Assembly (NCBI RefSeq): GCF_000143415.4
Contig: NW_003314271.1
Location: 1,408,092-1,472,091 of the forward strand
DNA from: Selaginella moellendorffii
Lineage: Eukaryota; Plantae; Lycopodiophyta
Length of the DNA: 64,000 nucleotides
Direction: 5' to 3'
A program made the position numbers and the translations under genes. Of the stretch, positions 12,355 through 23,960 are shown piece after piece (within the stretch, counting starts at the first letter, position 1; each line of letters opens with the position of its first letter). The notes under the pieces are model-generated. The model worked only from the letters and a program-made list of their open reading frames with translations. It did not search any database and was not told the origin of the DNA.

Positions 12355-13891
12355 TTGGTGGAAGATGTATTTGAACAGTCGTTTCCACGGCTGGCTCTTC
12401 TGGATGAGGCAGATCGGTTGGATGCACTACGACTGGTACGGTGGGATTCCTCGTCTACTTCGTGACGCAGAGGTTGACGATCTGAATGACCCAGCCTGTG
12501 ACAGGAATGTTCATACCAGTCTCTGCAATACGGACTTGCCAAAAGTCTATCGGGCTATCCTTTCCGGGGCGACGCCTGACGACATATCCTAGTTGCTGCT
12601 TCACTTCAAGCGAGCCTCTTCTCAACGGCGCCAGATACTTGCTGGATTTTGCATCCTCCAAGATTAAGTATCTCTTTCACAGAAACGCTCGTCAGAACAA
12701 AACAGGAAGACTTTAGGACACTTGTACAGTCCACTGATCCCGAGCTTGGTGCTCTACGGGGATATGTCTTTGAGCAGGAAGTTGTCTGGCTAGTGCTAGA
12801 GAGCAATTTCGCTGCCGTCACCCTGGTGAGTGTACTGGTTTTATGTTTTCCTCCCTTTCATCACAAGTGTTTTGCAGAATGATAACAAGCTCTGTAGTCT
12901 GTGCCAAGCGCGCGTCGTGGAAGAAGGAGCGAACCGTCGCCTGATTGTTTGTAGACAATGCCGAAAATGGTACCACCAGGAATGTGCTCGTTGTCCACTA
13001 CCTGTTCCTTCCTTGTGGAACTGTCAATCTTGCGAAGGAGAGACAATCCATGAAAGTATAGGCACTGGCCGTCTTAGGCTAAGGTATTACAACGGTGATT
13101 TGAAAACTGCGCTCCTGGCTGCAGGTAAGGTGTGAGATTTTCTGCTTACAATATTCGCATTCCTTCCCATTTGCTGCAGGTCGCAATGCTAAAGACTTTG
13201 TGTGGAGGCCAATAAATAAAAGCAACGCTGCTTTCGATTTTGCAATCCCCCCTCGGGTTCTTGGCCAAGCCACAGTTGCCAGCGAGCACCCGGTGCCACG
13301 GGAGGCCGTGGAGGAAGGTGTGGCTGCTCTGGACGCATGGAACAACGAGTACAACAAGGACCTCATGGATCCCCGGCAGCGGTACGTATTGTTTTCTACA
13401 GGCAACTCTTCAATCACTCATTGATTCATTTTAGGGAGTATATCTTGGCGTTCTACTTAGCTCGAGGCAACTTCGAACGTTTCGGGTACCAGAGCTACCG
13501 GGACAAGCATCGGCATGTTTGCAACAAAGCCGTAAAAGGTTGTAAATCGTTCGTTTTAAGCGTCACACTTACTTTTGAGTGTGTTACAGGAATTATCCAA
13601 GTCAAGATTTTGATCGAAACCTACGAGTTGCTTCAGTTAGCACATCCAGTTGCGGGCTCCGTGGATAAATTGATCGACCTTGAGTACCAGGAGCAGTATG
13701 ACCTCCATAAAATGACGGTTCGGGAACTCAAGGATTTGGCGAAGTCTTGGGGTCTTAAAGGCTATTCCTCCCTCAAGAAGGATGCATTGGTCGAGGCATT
13801 AAATGCTTGGGAGGAGCCACAAGTGCTTGAAAGCCGAGAGTACGAGAGCAAGTCGTACCAAGAAATGTATGGAGATAGAGTTGTCGTTTGA
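12355..13891 (+). pseudogene. Crinkler-like NTPase(C-term part)-PHD-REase-Rho_N gene, 5'-truncated (copy 1)
   Basis: Paralogous to 33858-36006; lacks Walker A region; short deletion near 12427, TGG>TAG at ~12590, frameshift near 12675; downstream exons intact. Confidence 0.8.
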
Positions 13892-13899
13892 TGAAACCT

Positions 13900-14390
13900 G
13901 AATCTTAAGAATGTTTGGCTTATCCTTTCAGCCATTGTCTCTGCATTTTCTTGGATATGTCCAGACTGGGAATATGCCTGGATCACGTAATGCGATCTGT
14001 TCGTCCACTCTGGGAATCTTGCTGCCGCCAAAGAGTTCTTCGATAAGATGCCCGAGGTGAGCATCTCGTCTTGGAATTCTGTCTGGACTTGGAACGCTGG
14101 AGAAATCTGAGCGCATCGTCGCTATGTTCGTTCTATCATGATGTTCCAACGAGGTGTTAAAAGACTTGCTTGGTGACATCCACACGGCCACACTTCCCAT
14201 GCATTTGAACTTGGCATCGCGATCGCGGGTTCTAACGCCGCTGCTAGCGATTGATCGATGGATCTCTTTTCCTCTAACGAGATCTCTCGCGGCACAGCAC
14301 ACCCGCAGAGCTGGGAGTGGCGTTCCACGAAATCTTCCAGTGACGAACAAGCGATCAAGCGTTGGTTCATACAAGATGGGATTTTTACAA
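13900..14390. pseudogene. Scrambled PPR (PLS-type) gene fragments on both strands
   Basis: IQAYSQSGHIQ (-), HSGNLAAAKEFFDKMPEVSISSWNS (+), CCAARDLVRGKEIHRSIASSG (-). Confidence 0.7.
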
Positions 14391-14398
14391 AAGACTTT

Positions 14399-16045
14399 TC
14401 ACTGCCAGCTCCTCGTCTTCGTTCTCGCGGCGACGATCCAACACAAGCAAGCTCCAATGGCGCTGGCGGCGCTGAGAGCCGCGAATCCTTTTCGAAAGCA
14501 ATGACCCCCATGGCACACCAATTCCCGGCCAGCCTCGCGATCATAGAAGTAACCCACCACCCTGGACGAGAGAAGATAATGGCCGACTGGATTCCCCACG
14601 AAGAGAGCGTTGAACACCACGCCCAGCCTCCTCTCTCCAAACATCTCGCAGGCTATGGCGGCGGTGAGCCCCCAGTTCACTCCATCGCTCGCCGCTCCCA
14701 GCACCGCCACAAAGATCGCCGCTCCAGGGACTGGGACCGCCGCCAGCGCCGTGCCGATGGAGTTGGAGGCCATCCCCAGCGCCAGAAACGTGGATTTGGG
14801 AGTGCCAAATCGCTTCAGGCAGTAGTCCGCGGCCAGGCCGGCGGCGATCCTCGCGAAGCAGCTACTCACGCAGAAGAGCGACACGAAAACGGGGCCTATC
14901 TTCTGCGAGTAGCCGAGCGAGATCGCGAGCTGGGTGAGATTGGTGGAGACTGCATTGGCAGCGCCGAATCCAAACACCAGCGCGACGAACAGTAGCCAGA
15001 AATCCACGCAGGTGGCGACCTGGGCAAGCGTGTGATCATCGCCAAGTCTAGGTGGTGGTGATGTTCTTCCTGTCTCGTGATCTTTGGTCGCCCCTGTTTT
15101 TAGCAGAGCCTCTGTTCTTCCAGTTGGTTCCTTCTCGTCGTGATCTAGCAGGGCCTCCCTCGCAGATCCTGCTACCTCGCGATCTAGCACTCCCCTTCGC
15201 GATATCAGCTGTTCCTCACGATCCAGCAAAGTTGCATTCCAATCTTTGTCTTGGAATCCCGCTACCAACGCGATCACAGCCAGTAGCAGCAGCAAGAGCA
15301 CGATGATCAAGCAGACCATCACCTGTGTAGCACGAGTGAATCGCATGAACACCTCAAGAACACTCACGACCAGGAGCCACGCTGCTAGCGCCACCAGGCT
15401 TCCGGACATGCCGTACATGCCACCGTACGGCATCGGCGGAGACCCCGCCGTACGAGAGAGGGGCCTCGCCGCGAGAGCCAATGGAAGCATGAGAGGGATC
15501 ATCCACGAGAGCATCAACGGGAGCCCATCGCCGCTACCACCGCCGCCACCAATCGCGTAGAACGCCTGGAGGAAGATCGATCCGCCCAACACATGGTAGC
15601 CCTTGACCAATCCCAGCACCGCGCCCGTGTCGCGGCCGAAATTCCTGGCGCTCGCCAGCACCACCGGCGTCTGGACCGACGCCTGGGAGATCCCAATCAG
15701 GAGCTCGTAGAGACAGAGCTGCCACACCGCGGCGCCATGGATCCGGTGCGTGATGGTGAGCCAAATCATGAGGAGCGCCACGCTCTGGCCGGCAGCTCCG
15801 GCGGCGAGCAGCAGCCATGGCGGGACTAGGGCGTAGAGAAGTCCTGGGATGATCCCGAGCGCGCTGCCGACGCCCGAGAAGGTGACGATCGCCGTCAGGG
15901 TCTTTTGATCCAGCGCCATGGCGATCTTCATCGCCTGGGAGTAGCCGCTGAAAGTGTAGATCGAGGAATTCAACGCCATGATCCAGCAGCTGGCCGCCAG
16001 CGCGATCCATCGGCTGTTCCTGAGATCCCGGAGCCCATATTCCAT
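14399..16045 (-). CDS. Nodulin-like / NFD4-like MFS transporter (B, copy 1)
   Basis: 548 aa intronless ORF; RWIALAASCWI..YTFSGYSQAMK, RNF..G.VLGLVKG, PRLGDDHTLAQ..DFWLLF, C-terminal C.G..CF. Confidence 0.9.
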   Translation of the reverse strand: MEYGLRDLRNSRWIALAASCWIMALNSSIYTFSGYSQAMKIAMALDQKTLTAIVTFSGVGSALGIIPGLLYALVPPWLLLAAGAAGQSVALLMIWLTITHRIHGAAVWQLCLYELLIGISQASVQTPVVLASARNFGRDTGAVLGLVKGYHVLGGSIFLQAFYAIGGGGGSGDGLPLMLSWMIPLMLPLALAARPLSRTAGSPPMPYGGMYGMSGSLVALAAWLLVVSVLEVFMRFTRATQVMVCLIIVLLLLLLAVIALVAGFQDKDWNATLLDREEQLISRRGVLDREVAGSAREALLDHDEKEPTGRTEALLKTGATKDHETGRTSPPPRLGDDHTLAQVATCVDFWLLFVALVFGFGAANAVSTNLTQLAISLGYSQKIGPVFVSLFCVSSCFARIAAGLAADYCLKRFGTPKSTFLALGMASNSIGTALAAVPVPGAAIFVAVLGAASDGVNWGLTAAIACEMFGERRLGVVFNALFVGNPVGHYLLSSRVVGYFYDREAGRELVCHGGHCFRKGFAALSAASAIGACLCWIVAARTKTRSWQ

Positions 16046-16080
16046 CGCAAATAACTCCTATCGATCAGCTCAGATCGCTG

Positions 16081-17631
16081 CTACAGTGCTCGCGAGGAAG
16101 AGGACGAACAGGCGTGGATCCCGTGATAGAATCCCTTGCTCCTCCTCGCGAGGGCCGCGAATCCCACACCAGCAATGGCGCAACAAATCGCCACGGCCAG
16201 GAACGATGATCCGAAGCACCGCGATCCCACGCACAGCAATCCCTGCTCGTTCTGGGCATCGTAGATCGATCCCACCAGCAGCACCGAGAGGAGGAGCGCG
16301 CCGATCGGGCACGCGAAGGTGATGATGTTGAGAATGGAGCTGAAGCTCGCGAGGCCGAAGAGATCCGAGGCGGTGGCGATGGCGAGGCACCAGAACGCGC
16401 CATCCGCGATGCCCGAGAGGATCGCCACGAAGAAGAGAGCGCCGTGGACGGCAATGCTGCCCAGGAGCAAGCTTGCTACCTGGATCGCGGCTGTGAGGAT
16501 CAAGAACACTGGCCTTGGCGTGGCATAAACCCTAAGAGCGTGCTCCGAGAGAATGCCCGAACCGAGCCTTCCAACGCAGCTGCCGATCGAGAAGAGGGAG
16601 ACGCAAATGGTGATCGTCCGCGAGGAGTAGCCGAGGGAGTGGCCGAATTGCGAGAGATTGCTGATCACCACGCTCGTGGAGCCGGTGCCGAGAAGAACTC
16701 CCAGGAAGAGCAGCCAGAAATCCAGCGTTGCAATCGCCTCGAGCGTCGTGAATTCGCCCCCAATCTGCCCGTGGACCGCGAATCCTTGCTCTTGGATCAC
16801 GGAGGATTCTTCGCTGGATTCTAGAATTCTTGGCAGCAAACACTCGATTTTGGATTCGCGCTCCTCGTTCTTTCGATCGGGCTTGACGAGCAAGTAGATC
16901 GGTGAGAGGAGTATGAGACACATTCCAAGATTGACGAGCACGATCTGGATCCGGTCGAGCGTGATGACACTCTCGACGATCACGGCCGCGAGCAAGAAGG
17001 CTGCGAGGAAGATCAAGCTCGCCGCGAGGAGCATTGACTTCCAAGAAATCGAGGATGGGGCCTGGAAAGGGGCAGGGATTTTGCGAGAGATGGCGAGGAT
17101 TGGGAGCGCGGAGAGGAGTGGCAGCAGCCACGCGAGCATCAGAGGCATGCATTCTTCGCGGCCATGGCAGACGAGAAGGAAGAACTGGACCAAGATCGAG
17201 GCGCTCAATCCGACGAGGCCCTTGAGGTAGCCAAGAACGAACCCTCGCGCGCCGGGGAAGATCCTCACGCCGCTCACGAGCGCGGCCGTCTGGATGTACG
17301 TCTGCGCGAATCCGACGAGCAATTGGAAGAGGGAGAGGTGCCAGAGGGAGAAGAGAGAGGGATTCTTGATCGCGAGCCAGATGAGGAAGTAGCCGCAGCT
17401 GCTGTGAGCAATTCCCAGGCCGACGATCGCCGGCGGAGGAATGCGATCGTAGAGAAGCGCCGGGCCGATTCCACTGGAGCTTCCCAGGGTATTGAAGAAT
17501 GCGAGCGTGTCGAGGCTCTTTTGATCGAGCGCGAGCGCGAGTTTGAGCGCCTGGGAGTAGGATCCGAAGAGATAGGAGGAGCCATTGAGAGATTGGAGCC
17601 ATCCAGTGGCAATGAGACCCAGCCACGCCAT
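16081..17631 (-). CDS. Nodulin-like / NFD4-like MFS transporter (A, copy 1)
   Basis: MAWLGLIATGWLQ..YLFGSYSQALK; GEFTTLEAIATLDFWLLF; CVGSRCF; start placed by comparison with copy 2 (39765). Confidence 0.9.
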   Translation of the reverse strand: MAWLGLIATGWLQSLNGSSYLFGSYSQALKLALALDQKSLDTLAFFNTLGSSSGIGPALLYDRIPPPAIVGLGIAHSSCGYFLIWLAIKNPSLFSLWHLSLFQLLVGFAQTYIQTAALVSGVRIFPGARGFVLGYLKGLVGLSASILVQFFLLVCHGREECMPLMLAWLLPLLSALPILAISRKIPAPFQAPSSISWKSMLLAASLIFLAAFLLAAVIVESVITLDRIQIVLVNLGMCLILLSPIYLLVKPDRKNEERESKIECLLPRILESSEESSVIQEQGFAVHGQIGGEFTTLEAIATLDFWLLFLGVLLGTGSTSVVISNLSQFGHSLGYSSRTITICVSLFSIGSCVGRLGSGILSEHALRVYATPRPVFLILTAAIQVASLLLGSIAVHGALFFVAILSGIADGAFWCLAIATASDLFGLASFSSILNIITFACPIGALLLSVLLVGSIYDAQNEQGLLCVGSRCFGSSFLAVAICCAIAGVGFAALARRSKGFYHGIHACSSSSSRAL

Positions 17632-17694
17632 TTGGACGGAGCCAAGAACCCTAGTTTTGAAGAACCCTAAAATAATCTCTCGCTCGCCATCGCC

Positions 17695-18774
17695 ATGGCG
17701 GCAGTGGAGGATCGTGTCGAGGCGGAGATTGTCGAGGAGAATTCTGCGAATGGAGCTGAGGGATTGATTGCCAAGGGTGTGGCGCCTGTGAAGAAGGAAT
17801 TTCTGGTCTCGGCACAGGTGCGTTCTACCATTTCGGACAAGGACGCCGCCAAGATTTCCAGCGAGAAGAAGTCCAAGCGGAAGATAAGAAAAGAGCGAAA
17901 GCAGGTGCGAGGTCTTCGTGTTCCTCGTATCTCTGATCGCCATTGTGTTGTGTCTGTGATCTATCCAGGCTAGAAAGCTCGAGGTGTGCAATGCCGTGGT
18001 TAGAGCTGGTGATCCAAATGCCTGTCCATTTGGGGAGAACTGTAGATTTAGCCACGACTTGGAAGGCTACTTGGCACAGGTACGTCAATTGTGATTCGTT
18101 TCTTTGTTTCTCATCTCTTTGATTTTTGTTTAGAAACCGGAAGATCTTCCTGGAGTTTGCCCGTCAGTGAACTTGAATGTGCCTTGTCCTTATGGAGTAA
18201 GGTGTCGATTCTACGGAACTCACACAAAACAAGATCTGCCGAAGGAAAACCCCGAGGGTGCTATGGATGGAGACGAGGAAACATCGGGCGCTGGCGAGAT
18301 CAATGTTCTTCGAAAGGATTTTCAGAAGTCACTCTGGAAGAAACTTGAGAGCTTTCCTAAAGCTGATAGCCAGCTACAAGCGATGGGTCTCAAAGTGAGT
18401 TTCTTCGTTTTCTATCTGCCGCGCTCAAAGCTTTTCTTCTTTCTGAACAGAACAAGGTTTATGGACCTAAGAAGGGTGCTACAACGGAAGGAGAAAATGG
18501 TGGAGCTGAAACGCATGACGAAAACAATGACGTATCGGATGACGCAGTTCCGCCTTTGAAGAAGCCAAAGCTTGTGGATCCTGTGGAGGATGCTAAAGAA
18601 CAAGGAGATGACTGCAAGCTAAACAGCAGGGAGAAGAAGATAATCGACTTGAAAGGCAAGCTTTATCTTGCGCCTCTGACGACAGTCGGGAATCTTCCGT
18701 TTCGGAGGCTGTGTAAGAAGCTCGGGGCCGACGTTACCTGTGGAGAGATGGCGATGTGTACAAACCTTCTTCAG
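17695..18774 (+). pseudogene. DUS3L: 3'-truncated duplicate of DUS3 (first four exons only)
   Basis: Near-identical to 39825-40904, then switches at the intron-4 donor (gtaa) to inverted repeat A. Confidence 0.9.
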
Positions 18775-21176
18775 GTAAAAGGAAGTTAAAAGGGAAGAAT
18801 TAAAAAAACTAAGTTTAGACATGCCTAAGAAAGAAACCAAAGAAAATGAGCTCCAGAAGTTGCCTAGGTGCTGTGGCCACAGCATTGCCAGAAGCTCAAG
18901 AAAGATAGCTCCACAACACCATTGCATGGCTCGTCACTACTACCCTAGCCTAACATAATAGAACAATCAGTTGAAAAATACTTGCTTAAAAAATTTGCTG
19001 ACTATGGACACCCAGCTTGCTCAAGAAGCAGCAACCCACCAAGATCTGACTGCCATGCTCACGAAGCAGGAATCCACTCAGATCTGACTGCCGTGCTCAA
19101 GAAAGAGAGCTCCTCAATAAACACTTAATCCTAAGAATAGTTAAACAGTCAGTTTTTAGAAAGAGTTGTACTTTTTGCCTCATTCGTTGCTGTTCAATCT
19201 AGGGTTCTAGCAGTGTAAAGATGCCAACACACAACTGTAAGTCATGGAATGCTGGATCACACAGGATTCTTGAAAGCTAGGGGCCCTGATTTTCTCCACT
19301 GGCAGGAAATAGGGCGGGGGCTCACCAACAGCAGCAATGGAGCTGGAGCTGTGGCTCACAATGGCAGACCTGGGATGCTCTTATCTACTGCTTGTATTTC
19401 TGGATTTTCTCTAAACGTTGGGTTCAAGAGAGGATCAAGAAAAGAAAAGTCCAACAGGTACTCTACTTGTTTTGGGAAACATTTTCCATAGATTCTGTGA
19501 ATGACCTTGCACAAATCATGAAAGACATCTCCACACTAATAGTGTGGTATCAAGACTAAGTTTTCCCATTCTTTTCAGGGAATTACTAGCGATCTCAATC
19601 GAGCAAGGAGTCTGAGAGGTAGTTGAATCATTTTAGCAGCAGCAACAACAAGAGGTGAGTTTTGTAACTCATGTAGTATGACAAATGAAGTTATGCTTCT
19701 GTCTTCTTGGTTTTTCAAGCCATATTGTTTTCTTGTTTTTCCAACCACAGAGGTTGTGAAGAGGTGTATATCAGCAATTTCTTTCAGTTAGACTTGAGGC
19801 AAATAGAAGCACTTGCTTGTGTAGTTATAGTAGCCAATGAACATGAATTATAGCAGGACTTCTTGCTTTCTATGATCCTACATTGATGAAACCATTTCCA
19901 CTAAGTAAAAGCAGTAAGAAATTCTTCCACCAGCTGGGACACTTTTCATGTATAGCCCTTGGTAATCAATCTACTAGAGAAAGCTCCCACAAAAATTTGC
20001 CTCACATTCCTTGAGCACTCCCCCAAAAAGAGGAATTTCTTCACTCGGAGATGGATAGCTTTGGGATTTGGTAGGCTAGGAACACAATGGGGCCATTCTT
20101 GGATTTGTTCCAAGAGCCTCTTAAATGGCACCAGGAAAACAAGAAATGAGAGGGAATTTGCAAGATCAGTGGCAAGATCGACAGTAAGCTTGTTTTCTTT
20201 CTTCAAATTTATTTTTTCAGTGTTAAGCTCCAGGTGAAGTTTGCTACATGCCTCATTTTGCAAACTTCGTTATGCATGACTGCATGTTCATTCCTGTCAG
20301 GAATCCCCCAATTCTTGCCACATTCCTGACTCTCGCTGGATTCCTGACTTGCAGACTACATTCCTGACTCTCAAGACACTTCCCTATTCCTGACTCTCGA
20401 TTTCCCATACGATTCCTGAGTCTTGAGCCACATTCTTGATGATGATGTGGTGCCTCCTCGACCTCAACTATATTTAGACTGTCCTCGATCCAAGAGTGGT
20501 GGAGCTTCATTAACCTATAGTATATATAGGTTAGCTTTGTTCCATTTCTTCACAATCTGAATCAACACCAGTTTAAGGCTTTTTTTTTGTTTTCACTAGC
20601 TTTTCTCTTTGTATTTTGCATTTTCCAGTCTTGATCTTGTTAGGGGTCTTGACAATTCCCTTCTTGAAGAGGTAGGAAATTTCCAGTTGCTTTCCTAGCC
20701 TTCCAAAAGCTATCCAGCTCTAACCGAAAGAACTTAAGCTCCTCTTTTTTCATGTGGAGTAGCTTCTGTGCTTGTGGTTTTGTCACTCACAGCTTTGCTT
20801 TTAGTCTTGTGTAGATATGTTGAATTTGTACCATTCCTGGCCAATCATAACCATGTATGCTCGAGGAGCGCTGCTCATGATCATTCTTCATCAAGCCAAG
20901 ATTATACCTAGGAGAACCATCATCTCTTCTACTTGGAGGATCCAATGCCATCTTGTTCCATGTAATGGCAGTCTGGCTTGAGCACCCTTTTATTGTTGGT
21001 TTTACAATCACAAACCCTATACAAAACAAATGGATATTTTACCTTTTCACCAAATATTCTTTCATCATCTTTAAGATAAAAGAATGTTTTCAGCAACTTA
21101 ACCTGAAACCTGTGATGTTTAAGCATTTTGTTTTCAATTCTATTCATGGATCTCTCTGATGACACTACTTGGTCTT
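18775..21176 (-). repeat. Repeat A inverted copy (right arm), interrupted by a 360-bp insertion
   Basis: Reverse complement of 6804-8853. Confidence 0.9.
20295..20654. mobile_element. Solo LTR, 360 bp
   Basis: TGTCAGGA...TCTTGACA termini, 5-bp TSD attcc on both sides, absent from the other arm (~7325); internal cattcctgactctc repeats. Confidence 0.85.
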
Positions 21177-22152
21177 TCTAGAATGAGTATCGTTGATGTT
21201 GACATTACATAGTCTTACTCCAGATTGTTATTTGAAAGTCAACTTGAAGGAATGCAGGCAAAAAAGGTTTCATAAAGGTTGTGGTAGAGGAGGTTTAGGC
21301 GCACATGGGATTAAACAAGAATATTCTTAGGGTTGGGAGGGTTACCAAGGCACCAAAATAAGAAAAATAAAACTCTCTCTACTCTAAATGCCTAGCAATC
21401 CATGATGATGTGTCATGCTTATAACACATAACATGAGAGCTCTAACAATTTGTAATTCAAATATGGAGGACATCAAGTTGCTAGTTTTGAACAACTGGCA
21501 AGTACTAATGGCTAAAGACGATATTTCTGAGACTGACTATTTAGTTTGTACAAGTTCTTAGTGATGCCATTTGGTTTGAATAATGCTCTAACAACTTTCC
21601 ATCGGATGATGGATGAGGTTCTTTGTGATATGCTAAAGATGACTGCTGAATTCATCGATGATATCTTGAACCATACTGAGGGGAACGTGGGAAGAACACG
21701 TTTGTGATGTTCATAAAGTGTTGGATCGACTTTAGAAAGTTGGTTTAAAGCTAAAGCGGTTGAAGTGTTTGTTTAGGTCTAAAAATACAACTTATCTTGA
21801 GTACCATATTTCTTGTGAGGGTTTACAAGTTGATCTTGATAAATTTGTGGCTGTTCTAAAATTCTCTACTTTGAAGTGTGTAAATGATGTGCAAGGCTTC
21901 CTAGGCAAGGTGTAATACCTCAATCGTTTTGATGATCATGTTTCTGATCGCATTGCATCATTGCGAGCATTGTTGAAGTCATCAGCATCATCTTTCATCT
22001 AATCTACAGACAGTGAGTGGGTGTTTATTGATCTCAAAGGGATATTGACGAGTCCACCAGTTTTAGCATATCCTAAGTACACTTGACTTTTTACTTTGTT
22101 CGTGGATACTTCTGACATCGGTCTTAGGGGTGTGTTGATGTAAGAGAGCCCA

Positions 22153-23298
22153 TGTAGCGCACGTGGTTTTGACCCTTTATCCTATGGTGATTTACCATAG
22201 GATAACACCATGAAGAGGAACCTAAACCCTCTTTGTGCCATGTGACAGATGCCACGTGTCACATGCCATGTGTCCATGCCACATATCCATAGGAACCCGA
22301 GGTTCAGGGCCTTGGGCCGCTGAACGAAGGAACGGTGCCAAACTCCCAAGCGTGGAGCCAAGGAGTGATGGAACCGGACCACAGAGCAACTCCCGAGCAT
22401 ACAGCCCAAGGAGCGAAGGGACAGGGGCCCGGAGCGACTTGGAACAGTCCTGGAGCAACCAACATCCCAATGCCAGGACCAGCACGCAAAACGGAGCCAA
22501 ACGGAGTCTAGCACTATTTTGGCATACTGGTGGCCTAACGTGAGAGTATGGGTACTCCACCAGCTAGCATGGAATGGAATTTGGGTTTAGACCCAAGCCG
22601 GACGCAGAACAAGAACAGGCACGCAAGTGGGAGCTAGACTATGCCTCAGGTTGGTCGGCCATGCCTAACCTACCCACTATCCCTACTATACATTTGGAAC
22701 CCCCCACAGCCCCCCCCCCCCTTGAGGAACACACGCTTTGGGCTTTCACCCCAAGCCTCCCTTAGTATTAGGAGTTAGTCTCTAGGACAAGCTCAAAATT
22801 TACTAAATATGGAATGTCCTTAGATTGCGAATTTGGACACGGGACGAACACCATTGTGTTCGGGCCGATCTCTACATTCCGTAGATATGCCAAATGAGCA
22901 AATCTGGACACTTTCCATAAATAGCATTTGGGACCGAAACAAGACTAACACAAAGGGCATGATAGCAAGGGTGTTTGGCAGACACAATAAGCTATCATCC
23001 AGCGATATTGAGGGACTAATCTCAATACGCGAGGGTTCTTGTCAAGCCAGTGCAAGACAGAGCAAAAGAGAACTAAAAGCCAAGCCGAGTATGCTCAGCT
23101 AAAAACACATAGGAGTTCCTACTTTATGTCCATCTGGCTAAGTATAGGTGCTAAGCCCAGTTTACTAACACTTGAACAAAAGGGGTTAATAAAGGGAACC
23201 AGCAATACCGACCTCCTGCCATCGTGGCAGTAAGGTAAGAGTGTCCAAAAGGACTAGCCGACAGGTAACTTTCGATACTCGAAATCACATTTGCGACA
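22153..23298. mobile_element. Probable solo LTR (~1.15 kb) inserted in the Gypsy RNase H region
   Basis: TG...CA ends, TSD gccca/gccta, higher GC; host sequence resumes after it. Confidence 0.7.
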
Positions 23299-23960
23299 GC
23301 CTAAGTGTGCCTAATTAGTGCCATCCTATTGATATATCACCCATATATTACAACTAGTGGAGGCAAACTATTCCATGACAAAAGAGTGTTTAGCAGTAGG
23401 TTGGAGTTTTGAGAAACTTCATGCTATCTACATGGTTCTCAAACATTATTAGAAAGTGATCATATTATAATTACTTTATTATTAAAGTGGAAGAATTTGG
23501 TTGGTTATACTGTTTAGTGGGCTTTGAAGCTTCAAATATATAATTTTGATGTTGTTCATTGCCTGGGAAGTTTTATGGCTGATGCTTGTGCTTTTTTTTG
23601 AGCTCCTCTTCCTTTTTCGCTCTCTTTGCATGTTTTTTATGAGCTTGTTACTCCCGTATTTGTGGATTTTTTTGTCAAGGATTCTATACCATCAGTGTTT
23701 GTTATACTTGATGTTCAATGTCGACAAGGTGTAAAGCAAAATTTACCTTCTCTTAATAAGGTTCACGAAGCTCAAAAGATTGAGCCATAAATTCAAAGGC
23801 TTCAAGATAAGTTTGAGAATTTTACATCACTTACTAATAGCTTGCTATTCTAGTATTTACATTCTTATTTTTGCCTTGAGGGTAAATACAAATCCTAATG
23901 ACTATTTATGGTTGGTGGTGCTTTCGATTTTTTTTCCATGCTTTCTCCATGCCTACCATG

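Noticed and set aside
14258-17670. Many long Arg/Gly-rich ORFs overlapping the MFS genes (also at 36246-39897, 48459-49207, 53906-54451)
   Set aside because: Shadow frames of GC3-rich coding sequence; no motifs.
17632-17991. 120-aa N-terminal extension of MFS-A (636 aa ORF)
   Set aside because: Antisense to DUS3 exon 1; in frame only because of a 4-bp indel absent from copy 2.
6804-21176. Single TIR transposon defined by repeat A arms
   Set aside because: No TSD or recognisable TIR ends; inner junction shows microhomology; kept only as a rearrangement finding.
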